64,000 nt of DNA from an uncultured Pelagibacteraceae bacterium (GTDB lineage: Bacteria > Pseudomonadota > Alphaproteobacteria > Pelagibacterales > Pelagibacteraceae). Of the stretch, positions 21,587 through 31,471 are shown in pieces. The stretch's first letter is position 1; each line of letters starts with the position of its first letter. The stretch is taken from positions 32,539 to 96,538 of the forward strand of contig CACKMG010000001.1 of NCBI GenBank assembly GCA_902601235.1. Reading direction: 5' to 3'. The notes beneath the pieces are model-generated. The model saw only the letters and a list, made by a program, of their open reading frames with translations, did not search any database and had not been told where the DNA came from. The translations under genes were made by a program, and so were the position numbers.

Positions 21587-22776
21587 TGAAAATTCGCCCT
21601 GTTATTTTATGTGGTGGCGCCGGAACAAGACTTTGGCCTAAAGCTAAAAAACATCAAGCAAAACAATTTATCGATTTTGGTAATTGGACTTTATTGGGTA
21701 AAACTTTAGAGAGAGTTAAAGCATCTATATTTGATGCTCCAATTATAAGCACTAATGCAAAATATTTAAGACAAGTAAAACAACACTTAAAAAAACACAA
21801 AATAAGAAAATTTAAGATAGTTTTAGAACCTGCTAAAAGAAATACAGCACCAGCTATATTAAGTACGGCACTAATAAAGGATATTCCTAACGAACAACCT
21901 TTAATGTTTTTAGCAGCTGATCATTTGATAGAGAAGGTTGGTTTATTCAATAAAGCTATCAAAAAACAAAAAAAGAAACTCACCGATAATAATATATTTA
22001 TTTTTGGGATTAAACCCACAATGCCATCTAGTGAATTTGGATATTTATTAACAAAAAATAATAAAGTATCTAGATTTGTAGAAAAACCTAAAGAGGCTAA
22101 AGCTAAACAAATAATTAGTAAAAAGGGTTATTGGAATTCTGGTATGTTTTATTTGAGAAAAGACTCAATTATTAATAATTTCAAAAAATACCAACCAAAT
22201 ATTTATAGAAATTGTAACAAAGCTGTAACAAAAGCAAAATATAAAAGTAATGTGTATTATTTAAACAAACAAGCATTTACCAAAGCAACAGCTAAGTCTT
22301 TTGATTATGCAATATTGGAAAAGACTAAAGATATAAACGCTATTAAATTAGATATTCCTTGGTCTGATTTAGGATCTTGGAAAGAAATCTGTAAGATGTA
22401 TGGACGAAATAAAAGACATTATTTTAAAAAGAAGAATGTATTTCATAGACCTTGGGGTAGTTATGTAAATCTATTTAATGGTAAGGAATTCTTAATTAAA
22501 GAATTATATGTAAAACCAAAAGGTATATTAAGTCTTCAAAAACATCATCACAGAGCAGAACATTGGGTAGTTACTCATGGTAAACCTAAAATTACTTTAA
22601 ATAAGAAATATTTCACTATGAAACCTGATGAAACTATTTTTATTCCATTAGGTGCAATCCATAGAATAGAAAATCCCTACAAAAAACCAGTGAAAATTAT
22701 TGAAGCACAAATAGGTTCAATTTTAAAAGAAACAGATATTGTTAGATTTCAGGATGTATACGGAAGAGTAAAGTAG
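21586..22776 (+). CDS. manC: mannose-1-phosphate guanylyltransferase / mannose-6-phosphate isomerase
   Basis: ILCGGAGTRLWP, RNTAPA, WNSGMF, WSDLGSW, C-terminal cupin RPWG...SLQKHHHRAEHW; ATG at 21586 preferred over TTG at 21583. Confidence 0.92.
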   Translation: MKIRPVILCGGAGTRLWPKAKKHQAKQFIDFGNWTLLGKTLERVKASIFDAPIISTNAKYLRQVKQHLKKHKIRKFKIVLEPAKRNTAPAILSTALIKDIPNEQPLMFLAADHLIEKVGLFNKAIKKQKKKLTDNNIFIFGIKPTMPSSEFGYLLTKNNKVSRFVEKPKEAKAKQIISKKGYWNSGMFYLRKDSIINNFKKYQPNIYRNCNKAVTKAKYKSNVYYLNKQAFTKATAKSFDYAILEKTKDINAIKLDIPWSDLGSWKEICKMYGRNKRHYFKKKNVFHRPWGSYVNLFNGKEFLIKELYVKPKGILSLQKHHHRAEHWVVTHGKPKITLNKKYFTMKPDETIFIPLGAIHRIENPYKKPVKIIEAQIGSILKETDIVRFQDVYGRVK

Positions 22777-22779
22777 TTT

Positions 22780-23937
22780 ATGGAACTTCTAACATTTGTT
22801 TTGTTAATCATAATAGCTATTTTGTTGTTTTTTCTTTTAAAAAAAGAAAGAGTCTTAGGTATTAATACTGAAGTTAAAATTGAAGATAAAAAGTTAGATG
22901 AAGATGAAACTAAAAAATATAGAGAAACTATTTATAATCTTTTAAATTACATTCCAGAAGGAATTATAATTCTAAACAAATCTAAAGAAATAATATTTAG
23001 TAATAGTTCAGCCAGTAAAAGATTTCAAACAAAGTTGAATGAAAATATAAGTGGATTTTTAAGAAATCCCGACTTGTTAAGTTCAATTGATAAAGCTTTT
23101 AATGGAGAAAATTCTAATGACCTTGAAATAGAGCTACGAAACCCGTCAGTTCTTAGAATGAATGTAACAATTTACCATGATAATCATAATTTATTCTTTG
23201 ATGAGCCATCTTGCTTGCTTTTTATGAGAGATTTAACAGAATTTCACAAATTTCAACAATTAAAATCAGACTTTGTTGCAAATGTTTCCCACGAACTTAG
23301 AACTCCATTGCAATCTATTAAAATGGGACTTGAGACATTTGAAAATAATGCAGATTTAAAAAAGAACTCTGAAGTTACTAATTTATTACCAGTAATGAGC
23401 TCTCAATCTGAAAGAATGGAGAATTTAATAAGAGACTTGTTATCTCTATCGAAAATTGAGCTGCAAGAACACATAAGGCCTACACACGAAATAGATTTAA
23501 TAGAAGTGCTTAGTTACGTGATGAAGACTTATGAAAACATTGTTAAAAAAAATAACATTAATTTAAATCTGCAAAAAACTGAAAATTTCAAAATTATTGG
23601 TGATCGGGATAAATTAATAGAAATTTTTACTAACCTTATTGATAATTCAATTAAATATAGTGAGAAGGGTAAAGAAATTAAAATCGCTACGAAAAAAGAG
23701 GGTGATCTAAATATTGTCTCTATATCAGATCAAGGCATAGGAATTCCTAAAGAATTTATTCATAGAATCACAGAAAGATTTTTCACTGTTGATCCTAGTA
23801 AAAGTCGGAGTGTTGGAGGTACGGGTTTAGGGCTTGCAATTGTTAAGCATTTAGTTTCTCAACATAGAGGCGAAATGATAATTAATAGTGAGGAAAATCA
23901 AGGAACCACTATAGATTTGAAATTTAATTCAATTTAA
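22780..23937 (+). CDS. phoR: phosphate regulon sensor histidine kinase
   Basis: DFVANVSHELRTPL, RITERFF.VD.SKSR..GGTGLGLAIVKH; heads pst/pho cluster. Confidence 0.93.
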   Translation: MELLTFVLLIIIAILLFFLLKKERVLGINTEVKIEDKKLDEDETKKYRETIYNLLNYIPEGIIILNKSKEIIFSNSSASKRFQTKLNENISGFLRNPDLLSSIDKAFNGENSNDLEIELRNPSVLRMNVTIYHDNHNLFFDEPSCLLFMRDLTEFHKFQQLKSDFVANVSHELRTPLQSIKMGLETFENNADLKKNSEVTNLLPVMSSQSERMENLIRDLLSLSKIELQEHIRPTHEIDLIEVLSYVMKTYENIVKKNNINLNLQKTENFKIIGDRDKLIEIFTNLIDNSIKYSEKGKEIKIATKKEGDLNIVSISDQGIGIPKEFIHRITERFFTVDPSKSRSVGGTGLGLAIVKHLVSQHRGEMIINSEENQGTTIDLKFNSI

Positions 23938-23957
23938 TTCAACTAAAAAGTTAGCCT

Positions 23958-23986
23958 TTGTAACAAAACTTTAACTTTCCTTTAAT
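23958..23986 (+). promoter_or_regulatory. putative Pho box (three 11-bp-periodic units) upstream of pstS
   Basis: TTGTAAC-AAAA-CTTTAAC-TTTC-CTTTAAT resembles CTGTCAT-N4 repeats. Confidence 0.7.
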
Positions 23987-24045
23987 AAAATATTTAAAAT
24001 TCAGATTTAATTATTGATGCACAACGAATCTAAAAAAGGAGAAAT

Positions 24046-25074
24046 ATGAATAGATTAGTAAAAATTTTATTAGGATTTCTTTTAGTGCTTAGTTTTACAA
24101 CAACTAGTTACGCAAGAGATCAAATAAAAATCGTAGGTTCTTCTACTGTTTACCCATATGCTACAGTTGTAGCTGAAAAGTTTGGCAAAGGTGGAAAATT
24201 CAAGACACCAGTAATCGAAAGTACAGGGACTGGTGGAGGAATGAAATTGTTCTGCGCTGGTGTAGGAGCAAATCATCCTGACATAACAAATGCATCAAGA
24301 GCAATTAAAACAAAAGAAAAAGCTCTATGTGAGAAAAATGGAGTTGCTGAAATTATTGAAATAGTAATAGGTAATGATGGTATTTCATTTGCACACTCAG
24401 TGAATGCTCCAGATGCAGACTTCACAAAAGAACAATTATGGAGAGCTTTAGCATCTAAAGTAGACATTGATGGAAAACTTGTTGAAAATCCATATAAAAA
24501 TTGGAGTGATATAGATGCTAGTCTTCCAAATAAAAAGATTGAAATATTAGTTGCACCTCCAACATCAGGTACTAGAGATGCATGGAATTCATTAGTTATG
24601 GTTAAAGGATGCACTAAAACAGCTAAATCTCTTTATGATGCTGAAGGTAAAAAAGCTAAAAAGGAATGTGCTAAAATTAGAGAAGATGGATATGCTGTTG
24701 AAGCTGGTGAAAATGATACTTTAATTGTGCAAAAACTTTCATCTAATCCTGATGCATATGGTTTTTTTGGTTATAGTTACTTAGTCGCCAACAAGGATAA
24801 AATCAAAGCATCATCTATTAATGGTGTTCAGCCATCATTAGAAGGTATCCAAGATTATTCTTATCCAATTGCAAGACCATTGTTCTTTTATGTAAAAAAA
24901 GCTCACATTGGAGTAATTCCAGGCATTAAAGAGTTTCTTAAAGAATTTACTTCGAAAAAAGCAATGAGTAACAGAGGTTATTTAGCTGAAATAGGACTTG
25001 TTCCTTTGGCTTCAGATAAATACAAAGTTACTAGAACAGCTGCAGTAGATCTGAATACAATCAAGTTAAAATAA
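24046..25074 (+). CDS. pstS: phosphate ABC transporter substrate-binding protein
   Basis: Signal peptide; GSSTVYP, ESTGTGGG, PPTSGTRD, YPIARPLFFY. Confidence 0.96.
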   Translation: MNRLVKILLGFLLVLSFTTTSYARDQIKIVGSSTVYPYATVVAEKFGKGGKFKTPVIESTGTGGGMKLFCAGVGANHPDITNASRAIKTKEKALCEKNGVAEIIEIVIGNDGISFAHSVNAPDADFTKEQLWRALASKVDIDGKLVENPYKNWSDIDASLPNKKIEILVAPPTSGTRDAWNSLVMVKGCTKTAKSLYDAEGKKAKKECAKIREDGYAVEAGENDTLIVQKLSSNPDAYGFFGYSYLVANKDKIKASSINGVQPSLEGIQDYSYPIARPLFFYVKKAHIGVIPGIKEFLKEFTSKKAMSNRGYLAEIGLVPLASDKYKVTRTAAVDLNTIKLK

Positions 25075-25090
25075 ATTTCATTTATCCCCA

Positions 25091-25120
25091 AAAAAAGGCC
25101 AGTAATAACTGGCCTTTTTT
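25091..25120 (+). terminator. intrinsic terminator after pstS (symmetric A/T tails)
   Basis: AAAAAAGGCCAGT-AATA-ACTGGCCTTTTTT. Confidence 0.9.
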
Positions 25121-25143
25121 GTTTATTCAATCTTAGATTTAAT

Positions 25144-25161
25144 TTGTAATATTTCTGTAAC
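25144..25161 (+). promoter_or_regulatory. putative Pho box upstream of pstC
   Basis: TTGTAAT-ATTT-CTGTAAC, 11-bp period, downstream of the pstS terminator. Confidence 0.7.
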
Positions 25162-25186
25162 ATTAAGAATATATCACTCAGGGCGA

Positions 25187-26590
25187 ATGAACATCGTTCT
25201 AATATTTCTAATCACTATATTTTCTGTCTCTTTGTTCTTCTATGGAAAATCAAAAACTAAAACCATTTCCATCAAAGATAATATCAAATTAAATGCTCTA
25301 CCAAAATTTTATGGATACTATCTTGTTTTGTGGTGTTCAATACCAGCATTAGTATTTTTATTGGTCTGGTCATTATTTGAACCCGTAATCATTAAATCTA
25401 TAATTATTGAAACAGCTGCAAATCAAGGTGCAATTTTTAGTGATAAAAATGAAGCAAATTTAATATATGAAAAAATTAAGGCTATTCATTTAGGTACTTA
25501 TTTTGGAGATATAGACAGTATATTAAGAGAAAGTGCTCTTGCTTATGCAAAATTTATAAATCTTTTTACAAATTCAAAAGTAGTTTTAATTTTTGGAATA
25601 ATTATTGCCTCAGTTATTTACTCTTTAAAAAAAATAAAAAATAACAATAAAGCTAGAGATGATGTGGAAGTTATTTTAAAGGGTTTATTGTTTGTATCTT
25701 CTTTAATAGCTATTTTAACCACTCTCGGAATAATATTTTCATTACTTTTTGAAAGTATAAAGTTTTTTTCAGTTATTAATATTTTTGATTATCTATTTGG
25801 TACAAATTGGAGTCCTCAAAGAGCCTTCGTTAGAGATGCCTCATCAATAACTGCAGCTGAATTTGAAGAGTTAAAAGATGCTTTTGGCTTTATTCCATTA
25901 ATTGCAGGAACATCTTTCATAGCTTTTATTGCAATGTTGGTAGCTGTTCCTATTGGTTTATTTTCAGGAATTTACATGGCTGAATATGCTTCAATTAAAG
26001 TAAGAAGAATTTCAAAACCAATTATTGAAATTTTAGCAGGAATACCAACTGTAGTTTATGGTTTCTTTGCTGCATTAACTGTTGGGCCTTTTTTTAGACA
26101 AGTAGGTGAAAATTTAGGATTAACTGTTTCATCTGAAAGTGCTTTAGCTGCAGGATTAATTATGGGAATAATGATTATTCCTTATGTTTCATCTTTATCT
26201 GATGACGTAATTAATTCTGTACCACAATCATTAAGAGACGGTTCATATGCTGTAGGAGCTACTAAATCAGAAACAATTAAACAAGTCGTGATACCTGCAG
26301 CTCTTCCAGGGATAATAGGATCAGTTCTATTAGCAGTGTCAAGAGCGATAGGTGAAACAATGATAGTTGTTATGGCAGCTGGCCTTGCTGCAAATCTTAC
26401 AATTAATCCTTTAGAATCTACTACAACAATTACAACTCAAATTGTAATGATACTTGTTGGTGACCAAGAATTTGATAGTCCGAAAACTCAATCTGCTTTT
26501 GCTTTAGGACTTACATTATTTATAGCAACATTAATATTGAATTATATCGCTCAAAGAGCAGTCAAAAAATATAGAGAGAAGTATGACTAA
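25187..26590 (+). CDS. pstC: phosphate ABC transporter permease PstC
   Basis: ILAGIPTVVYG, SRAIGETM motifs. Confidence 0.96.
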   Translation: MNIVLIFLITIFSVSLFFYGKSKTKTISIKDNIKLNALPKFYGYYLVLWCSIPALVFLLVWSLFEPVIIKSIIIETAANQGAIFSDKNEANLIYEKIKAIHLGTYFGDIDSILRESALAYAKFINLFTNSKVVLIFGIIIASVIYSLKKIKNNNKARDDVEVILKGLLFVSSLIAILTTLGIIFSLLFESIKFFSVINIFDYLFGTNWSPQRAFVRDASSITAAEFEELKDAFGFIPLIAGTSFIAFIAMLVAVPIGLFSGIYMAEYASIKVRRISKPIIEILAGIPTVVYGFFAALTVGPFFRQVGENLGLTVSSESALAAGLIMGIMIIPYVSSLSDDVINSVPQSLRDGSYAVGATKSETIKQVVIPAALPGIIGSVLLAVSRAIGETMIVVMAAGLAANLTINPLESTTTITTQIVMILVGDQEFDSPKTQSAFALGLTLFIATLILNYIAQRAVKKYREKYD

Positions 26591-27845
26591 AGAAGAAAGA
26601 TTAAAAAAAAGACACCGAGCAGAAAAAAGATTTAGATTTTACGGATTAACATCTATATTTGTTGCTTTGTTGTTTGTTGTTATTCTAGTTCAAAATATTT
26701 TCTCAAAAGGAAGTTCAGCCTTTAAAAAAACAGTAATTACCACTGAAGTTTTCTTTGATCAGGAATTACTAGAAATTCAAAATGGTGCATCTCAAGAAGA
26801 AATAATGGAAGCTGATTTTTACGATATAATGATTGAAAATTTAATAAAGACTTATCCAGCAAAAGATAGAGATGAGGAAGATGAATTATTAAAACTATTT
26901 AGTGGTGATGCTGAAATTGAGATTAAAAAAGCTTTTTTAAACGATAATAATTTAATAGGTAAAACAATTACATTAGATTTAACAGCCTCTGATGACATTG
27001 ATCAATTACATAAAGGTAATTATCCAAGAGATTTACCCGAAGAAAGAAGAAGAATTTCTGATTTTCAATTAGTTATTTATGATTATTTTGTTGAAAATAA
27101 AAAGATAAGTAAAAATTTTAACAATTATTTTTTTAACAATGGTGACTCTAGAGATCCAGAACTAGCAGGTATAGGTGGAGCTTTAGTTGGATCATTTTAT
27201 AGTATTTTAATTTGTTTACTATTAGCTTTTCCAGTGGCTGTTCTAGCGTCGATTTACTTAGAAGAGTTCGCTCCAAAAAATAAGATTACAGATTTTATTG
27301 AAATTAATATAAATAATTTAGCAGCAGTGCCATCTATTGTTTACGGTTTACTTGCTTTACAAATTTTGCTTGCGACTATCCAATTACCGAGATCAACACC
27401 ATTAGTTGCTGGAATAACTTTAGCGTTAATGACTTTACCAAGAATTATTATTCCATGTAGAGCTTCATTAAAAGCTGTTCCACCTTCAATAAGAGAGGGC
27501 GCTTTAGCAGTTGGTGCATCTAAATTTCAATCTGTTTTTCACCATGTAGTACCGTTAGCACTACCTGGCACTTTATCAGGAACTATAATCGGGTTAGCTC
27601 AAGCATTAGGTGAAACTGCACCACTAATATTAATTGGAATGGTGGCATTTGTTGTTGACATACCGTCAAGTCCAGTTGATCCGTCATCTTCTTTACCTGT
27701 TCAAGTATATTTATGGTCTGAGTCTGCAGAAAGAGGTTTTGTTGAAAAAACCTCAGCAACAATTATGATGCTCTTAAGCTTTCTAATTGTAATGAATTTT
27801 ATTGCTGTATACTTAAGACAAAAATTTGAAAAACGATGGAATTAA
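26583..27845 (+). CDS. pstA: phosphate ABC transporter permease PstA
   Basis: YLEEFAP, NLAAVPSIVYG, ALGETAPL. Confidence 0.96.
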   Translation: MTKEERLKKRHRAEKRFRFYGLTSIFVALLFVVILVQNIFSKGSSAFKKTVITTEVFFDQELLEIQNGASQEEIMEADFYDIMIENLIKTYPAKDRDEEDELLKLFSGDAEIEIKKAFLNDNNLIGKTITLDLTASDDIDQLHKGNYPRDLPEERRRISDFQLVIYDYFVENKKISKNFNNYFFNNGDSRDPELAGIGGALVGSFYSILICLLLAFPVAVLASIYLEEFAPKNKITDFIEININNLAAVPSIVYGLLALQILLATIQLPRSTPLVAGITLALMTLPRIIIPCRASLKAVPPSIREGALAVGASKFQSVFHHVVPLALPGTLSGTIIGLAQALGETAPLILIGMVAFVVDIPSSPVDPSSSLPVQVYLWSESAERGFVEKTSATIMMLLSFLIVMNFIAVYLRQKFEKRWN

Positions 27846-28607
27846 ATGAGTAAAGTAAAGATAAAATCAAAAAATTTAAATGTTTATTATGGTGATAAAC
27901 AAGCGCTGTTTGATGTGAATTTAGATTTGAATGAAAAAGAGGTTACAGCATTAATTGGTCCATCTGGATGTGGTAAATCAACTTTTATAAGATGTATTAA
28001 CAGAATGAATGATGTTATTGATATTTGTAAAGTTACAGGAAATATTGAAATGGATGGTATGAATATTAATGATAAAGATTTAGACGTTGTTTCATTGAGA
28101 GAAAGAGTTGGAATGGTTTTTCAAAAGCCAAATCCATTTCCAAAAAGTATATATGATAATATTTCGTATGGTCCTAAAATTCATGGAAAAGGTGAAACTA
28201 AAAGTGAATTAGATCAAATTGTTGAAAACAGTTTAAAAAAATCTGCTTTATGGGAAGAAGTTAAAGATAGACTCGATGAGCCTGGCACAAGTTTATCTGG
28301 TGGACAACAACAAAGACTTTGTATAGCGAGAGCTATATCTGTTAATCCTGAAGTGATCTTAATGGACGAACCATGTTCAGCATTAGACCCAATTGCTACT
28401 GCAAAAATTGAAGAATTAATTGATGAATTAAAAAAAACTTATACGATTGTAATAGTGACACACTCAATGGCTCAGGCTGTGCGTGTTTCACAAAAAACCG
28501 GGTTTTTTCACCTAGGAAAGTTAATTGAAGTTGGAAAAACTGAGAAAATTTTTAAAAATCCTGACAATAAAATGACACAAGACTATATTACAGGTAGATT
28601 TGGATAA
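27846..28607 (+). CDS. pstB: phosphate ABC transporter ATP-binding protein
   Basis: [36 protein letters not shown]. Confidence 0.98.
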   Translation: MSKVKIKSKNLNVYYGDKQALFDVNLDLNEKEVTALIGPSGCGKSTFIRCINRMNDVIDICKVTGNIEMDGMNINDKDLDVVSLRERVGMVFQKPNPFPKSIYDNISYGPKIHGKGETKSELDQIVENSLKKSALWEEVKDRLDEPGTSLSGGQQQRLCIARAISVNPEVILMDEPCSALDPIATAKIEELIDELKKTYTIVIVTHSMAQAVRVSQKTGFFHLGKLIEVGKTEKIFKNPDNKMTQDYITGRFG

Positions 28608-28610
28608 ATT

Positions 28611-29303
28611 ATGAGCAATGAACATACAGTAAAGTCATACGAAGAAGAGCTACAATTTCTTAAAGACTCTTTAATAAAAATGGGAAGTTTAACCGAGTCT
28701 CAATTGAGTGACGCAATGGATGCTGTAATTAAAGTTGATAAGGACTCAATTGATAAAATCATTAAAAGTGATGAAGAAATTAATAAATTTAGATCTAAAA
28801 TAGATACTCAAATAATGAATTTACTGGTTAAAAGAGCACCTATGGCAATTGATTTAAGAGAGACCATAAGTTCGTTAAAAATTTCACAAGATTTAGAAAG
28901 AATAGGGGATCTATCAAAAAGTAATGCAAAAAAAGTTAAGCCTTTACCACTAGATTTGCCAGATGAATTATTGGGAAATTTAAAAAGACTAGGAGAATTA
29001 GTTATGAAACAACTAAACGATGTTCTTGATAGCTATGTAAACAAAAACTTTGATAAAGCTAAAGAAGTCTGGGAAAAAGATGAACAAGTTGATGACTTAA
29101 CTTATATTGCAATGGAAAGTGTAATTGACTTTTTATCTAAAGATAAAAAGAACTTAGATTTTTCTACACATTTAATTTTTGCTACAAAAAATTTGGAAAG
29201 AGCAGGCGATCATATAACAAATATCGCTGAAACAGTATGTTATTTAGTAAAGGGTGAATATCTAAAAGGTAGTAGGCCAAAGGGTAAAGTAATCCAAGAA
29301 TAA
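28611..29303 (+). CDS. phoU: phosphate signalling complex protein PhoU
   Basis: APMAIDLR, DLERIGD, LERAGDHITNIAE. Confidence 0.96.
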   Translation: MSNEHTVKSYEEELQFLKDSLIKMGSLTESQLSDAMDAVIKVDKDSIDKIIKSDEEINKFRSKIDTQIMNLLVKRAPMAIDLRETISSLKISQDLERIGDLSKSNAKKVKPLPLDLPDELLGNLKRLGELVMKQLNDVLDSYVNKNFDKAKEVWEKDEQVDDLTYIAMESVIDFLSKDKKNLDFSTHLIFATKNLERAGDHITNIAETVCYLVKGEYLKGSRPKGKVIQE

Positions 29304-29307
29304 TTTG

Positions 29308-29988
29308 ATGAAAGGAAAAATTTTTATTATTGAAGATGAAGCTTCAATAGTTCAATTAATCCAACATAATTTAGAAAAAGAGGGTTTTGTTGTCTCCTCA
29401 TCATTAAATGGAAATGAAGGTTTAAAAGAACTAAAAAAATTTGAACCTAATCTACTTTTATTAGATTGGATGCTACCGGATTTATCAGGGATAGATATCT
29501 GTAAAAATATTAGAAGAGACATTAATTTTAAGAGCCTTCCTATCATTATGCTTACAGCCAAAGGAGAGGAAGAAGACAAGATAAAAGGTCTTGAAAGTGG
29601 TGTAGATGATTATGTCACAAAACCATTCAGTTTTAATGAGCTATCTGCTCGAATTAAAGCTGTTCTAAGAAGATCTGATCCTAAAGTTGTTGCAAATGAA
29701 TTAATATTTGAAGATTTAAAATTAGATAGAATAGAAAAAAGAGTTTTTAGATCGGATAAAGAAATTCAACTTGGCCCTACAGAATTTAGATTATTAGAAT
29801 TTTTCTTAACAAATCCCAAAAGAGTTTATTCTCGAGATCAAATTTTAGAAACAGTTTGGCCTAATAATGTGAATGTAGAGAGCAGAACTATTGACGTTCA
29901 TATTAGAAGACTAAGACAATCAATCAATATTGAAGGTAAAAAAGAGTTAATTCGAACAGTTAGAGCCGCGGGTTATTCTTTAATTTAA
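29308..29988 (+). CDS. phoB: phosphate regulon response regulator
   Basis: LLDWMLP, LGPTEFRLL, RTIDVHIRRLR, RTVRAAGY; ATG at 29308. Confidence 0.96.
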   Translation: MKGKIFIIEDEASIVQLIQHNLEKEGFVVSSSLNGNEGLKELKKFEPNLLLLDWMLPDLSGIDICKNIRRDINFKSLPIIMLTAKGEEEDKIKGLESGVDDYVTKPFSFNELSARIKAVLRRSDPKVVANELIFEDLKLDRIEKRVFRSDKEIQLGPTEFRLLEFFLTNPKRVYSRDQILETVWPNNVNVESRTIDVHIRRLRQSINIEGKKELIRTVRAAGYSLI

Positions 29989-30206
29989 ATAATTATTTTA
30001 TAAATCCCTACTAAAAACAATGGTATTTGTAATCCAAAGTTAGTAAGTATTGCTTTATCTTTGCTAACAAATCCAGCGATAGTCCATCCAACAACTCCTA
30101 ATCCATGAAAATAAATATTTAAAGGATATATATTTAGGTTTGTTAATAGAATACCAACTAAAACTAGAAATGTGCTTATCCATTTAAGATACTTCTTAAT
30201 AAACAT
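29985..30206 (-). CDS. small hydrophobic membrane protein, unknown function
   Basis: 73 aa with 2-3 TM segments (LKW...NIYPLN...GW...DKAILTNF); GAAAGGA RBS upstream on minus strand. Confidence 0.75.
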   Translation of the reverse strand: MFIKKYLKWISTFLVLVGILLTNLNIYPLNIYFHGLGVVGWTIAGFVSKDKAILTNFGLQIPLFLVGIYKIII

Positions 30207-30250
30207 ACGTTTTCCTTTCAGCTTATTTTATTTTGATTTTAGATAATAAC

Positions 30251-30652
30251 TTATCTACACTTTTTACATAATCCAAAAAACTCAAGATTGTATTTACTAT
30301 ATTTCATACCATCTTTGTCTTTGAAATTAGCTAAGTATTTGGAAAGACCTGCGCTACTTATTTCTGTTACTTTCTCACAAATCTCACAGATTGAAAAAGC
30401 AGTAGCTTTAGCTACCTGACAGCTTGAATTGTGACACGCAATAAAAGCATTACGACTCTCTATTTTGTGAATTTTTCCTATTTCAACTAATTTATCTAGC
30501 GCCCGATAAACTTGAAGAGGGGCCTTAATACCTTTTTTTTGAACATTAAAAAGGATTGAATAAGCTTTCATTGGCTCTGAAGATTTATCAATTAAATCAA
30601 AAATAATTTGCTGATTTTTTGTGAGAGTATGTTCTTTATGCATTCTTTTCAT
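30251..30652 (-). CDS. zur: Fur-family zinc uptake regulator
   Basis: LTKNQ, VYRALDKL, HKIESRNAFIAC, CEIC and CKKC; co-transcribed with znuCB. Confidence 0.9.
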   Translation of the reverse strand: MKRMHKEHTLTKNQQIIFDLIDKSSEPMKAYSILFNVQKKGIKAPLQVYRALDKLVEIGKIHKIESRNAFIACHNSSCQVAKATAFSICEICEKVTEISSAGLSKYLANFKDKDGMKYSKYNLEFFGLCKKCR

Positions 30653-30667
30653 TTTACTGATTCCTCA

Positions 30668-31471
30668 TTAATTTTTCAATTTAATTGATTGTTTAATTTT
30701 GAATAATGAAAGTATGAATAATAATAAGGCTGCTGTTATAATTGATGGACCCGAAGAAGTATTAAACTCTAAAGATGTAAACAATCCTATAATTACAGAT
30801 AACAATCCTCCTATAATTGAATAGATTACCATTTTCTGAGGACTTGATGAAATATTTCTAGCCATTGCGGCAGGTATAATTAGCATTCCCGTTATTAATA
30901 ATAATCCGACCATTTTGATTGATATTGCAATAATTGCTGCCATTAAAATTGTAAATATAGCTTTAGCTCTGTCTGGATTTAAACCTTCTGCTTCTGCTAG
31001 TTCATAATTTACTGTTGAAGCGAATAAAGGTTTCCAAATTAATTTTAGAACTAACAGGATTAATGCCCCTCCAATCCATATGATCAACAAATCATCAACT
31101 GAAACCGCTAAAATATCCCCAAATAATAATCCCATAATATCAAACCTGATAAAAGTTAAAAAACCTATAACAACAAGTCCAACAGCAAGAGATGAATGAG
31201 CTAGAAGACCCAATAAAGCATCACCTGGTAAATTAGTTTTTTTTTGAAGTTGAATTAAAATTAGTGCTATCAGAGATGAAATGATAAACACCGATAGCGC
31301 AATATTAAACTCCATAGTAAACGCTAATGTCACTCCCAATAGAGCAGAGTGAGCTAAGGTGTCACCAAAATAAGATAATCTTCTCCAAATCACAAAACAA
31401 CCAAGAGGTCCTGTTACAAAAGCAACCCCAATTCCAGCTACCAAAGCTCTTATAAAAAAATCATCAAACAT
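30668..31471 (-). CDS. znuB: zinc ABC transporter permease
   Basis: GPLGCFVIWRRLSYFGDTLAHSALLG, LFGDIL, LLIIPAA-like. Confidence 0.95.
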   Translation of the reverse strand: MFDDFFIRALVAGIGVAFVTGPLGCFVIWRRLSYFGDTLAHSALLGVTLAFTMEFNIALSVFIISSLIALILIQLQKKTNLPGDALLGLLAHSSLAVGLVVIGFLTFIRFDIMGLLFGDILAVSVDDLLIIWIGGALILLVLKLIWKPLFASTVNYELAEAEGLNPDRAKAIFTILMAAIIAISIKMVGLLLITGMLIIPAAMARNISSSPQKMVIYSIIGGLLSVIIGLFTSLEFNTSSGPSIITAALLLFILSLFKIKQSIKLKN

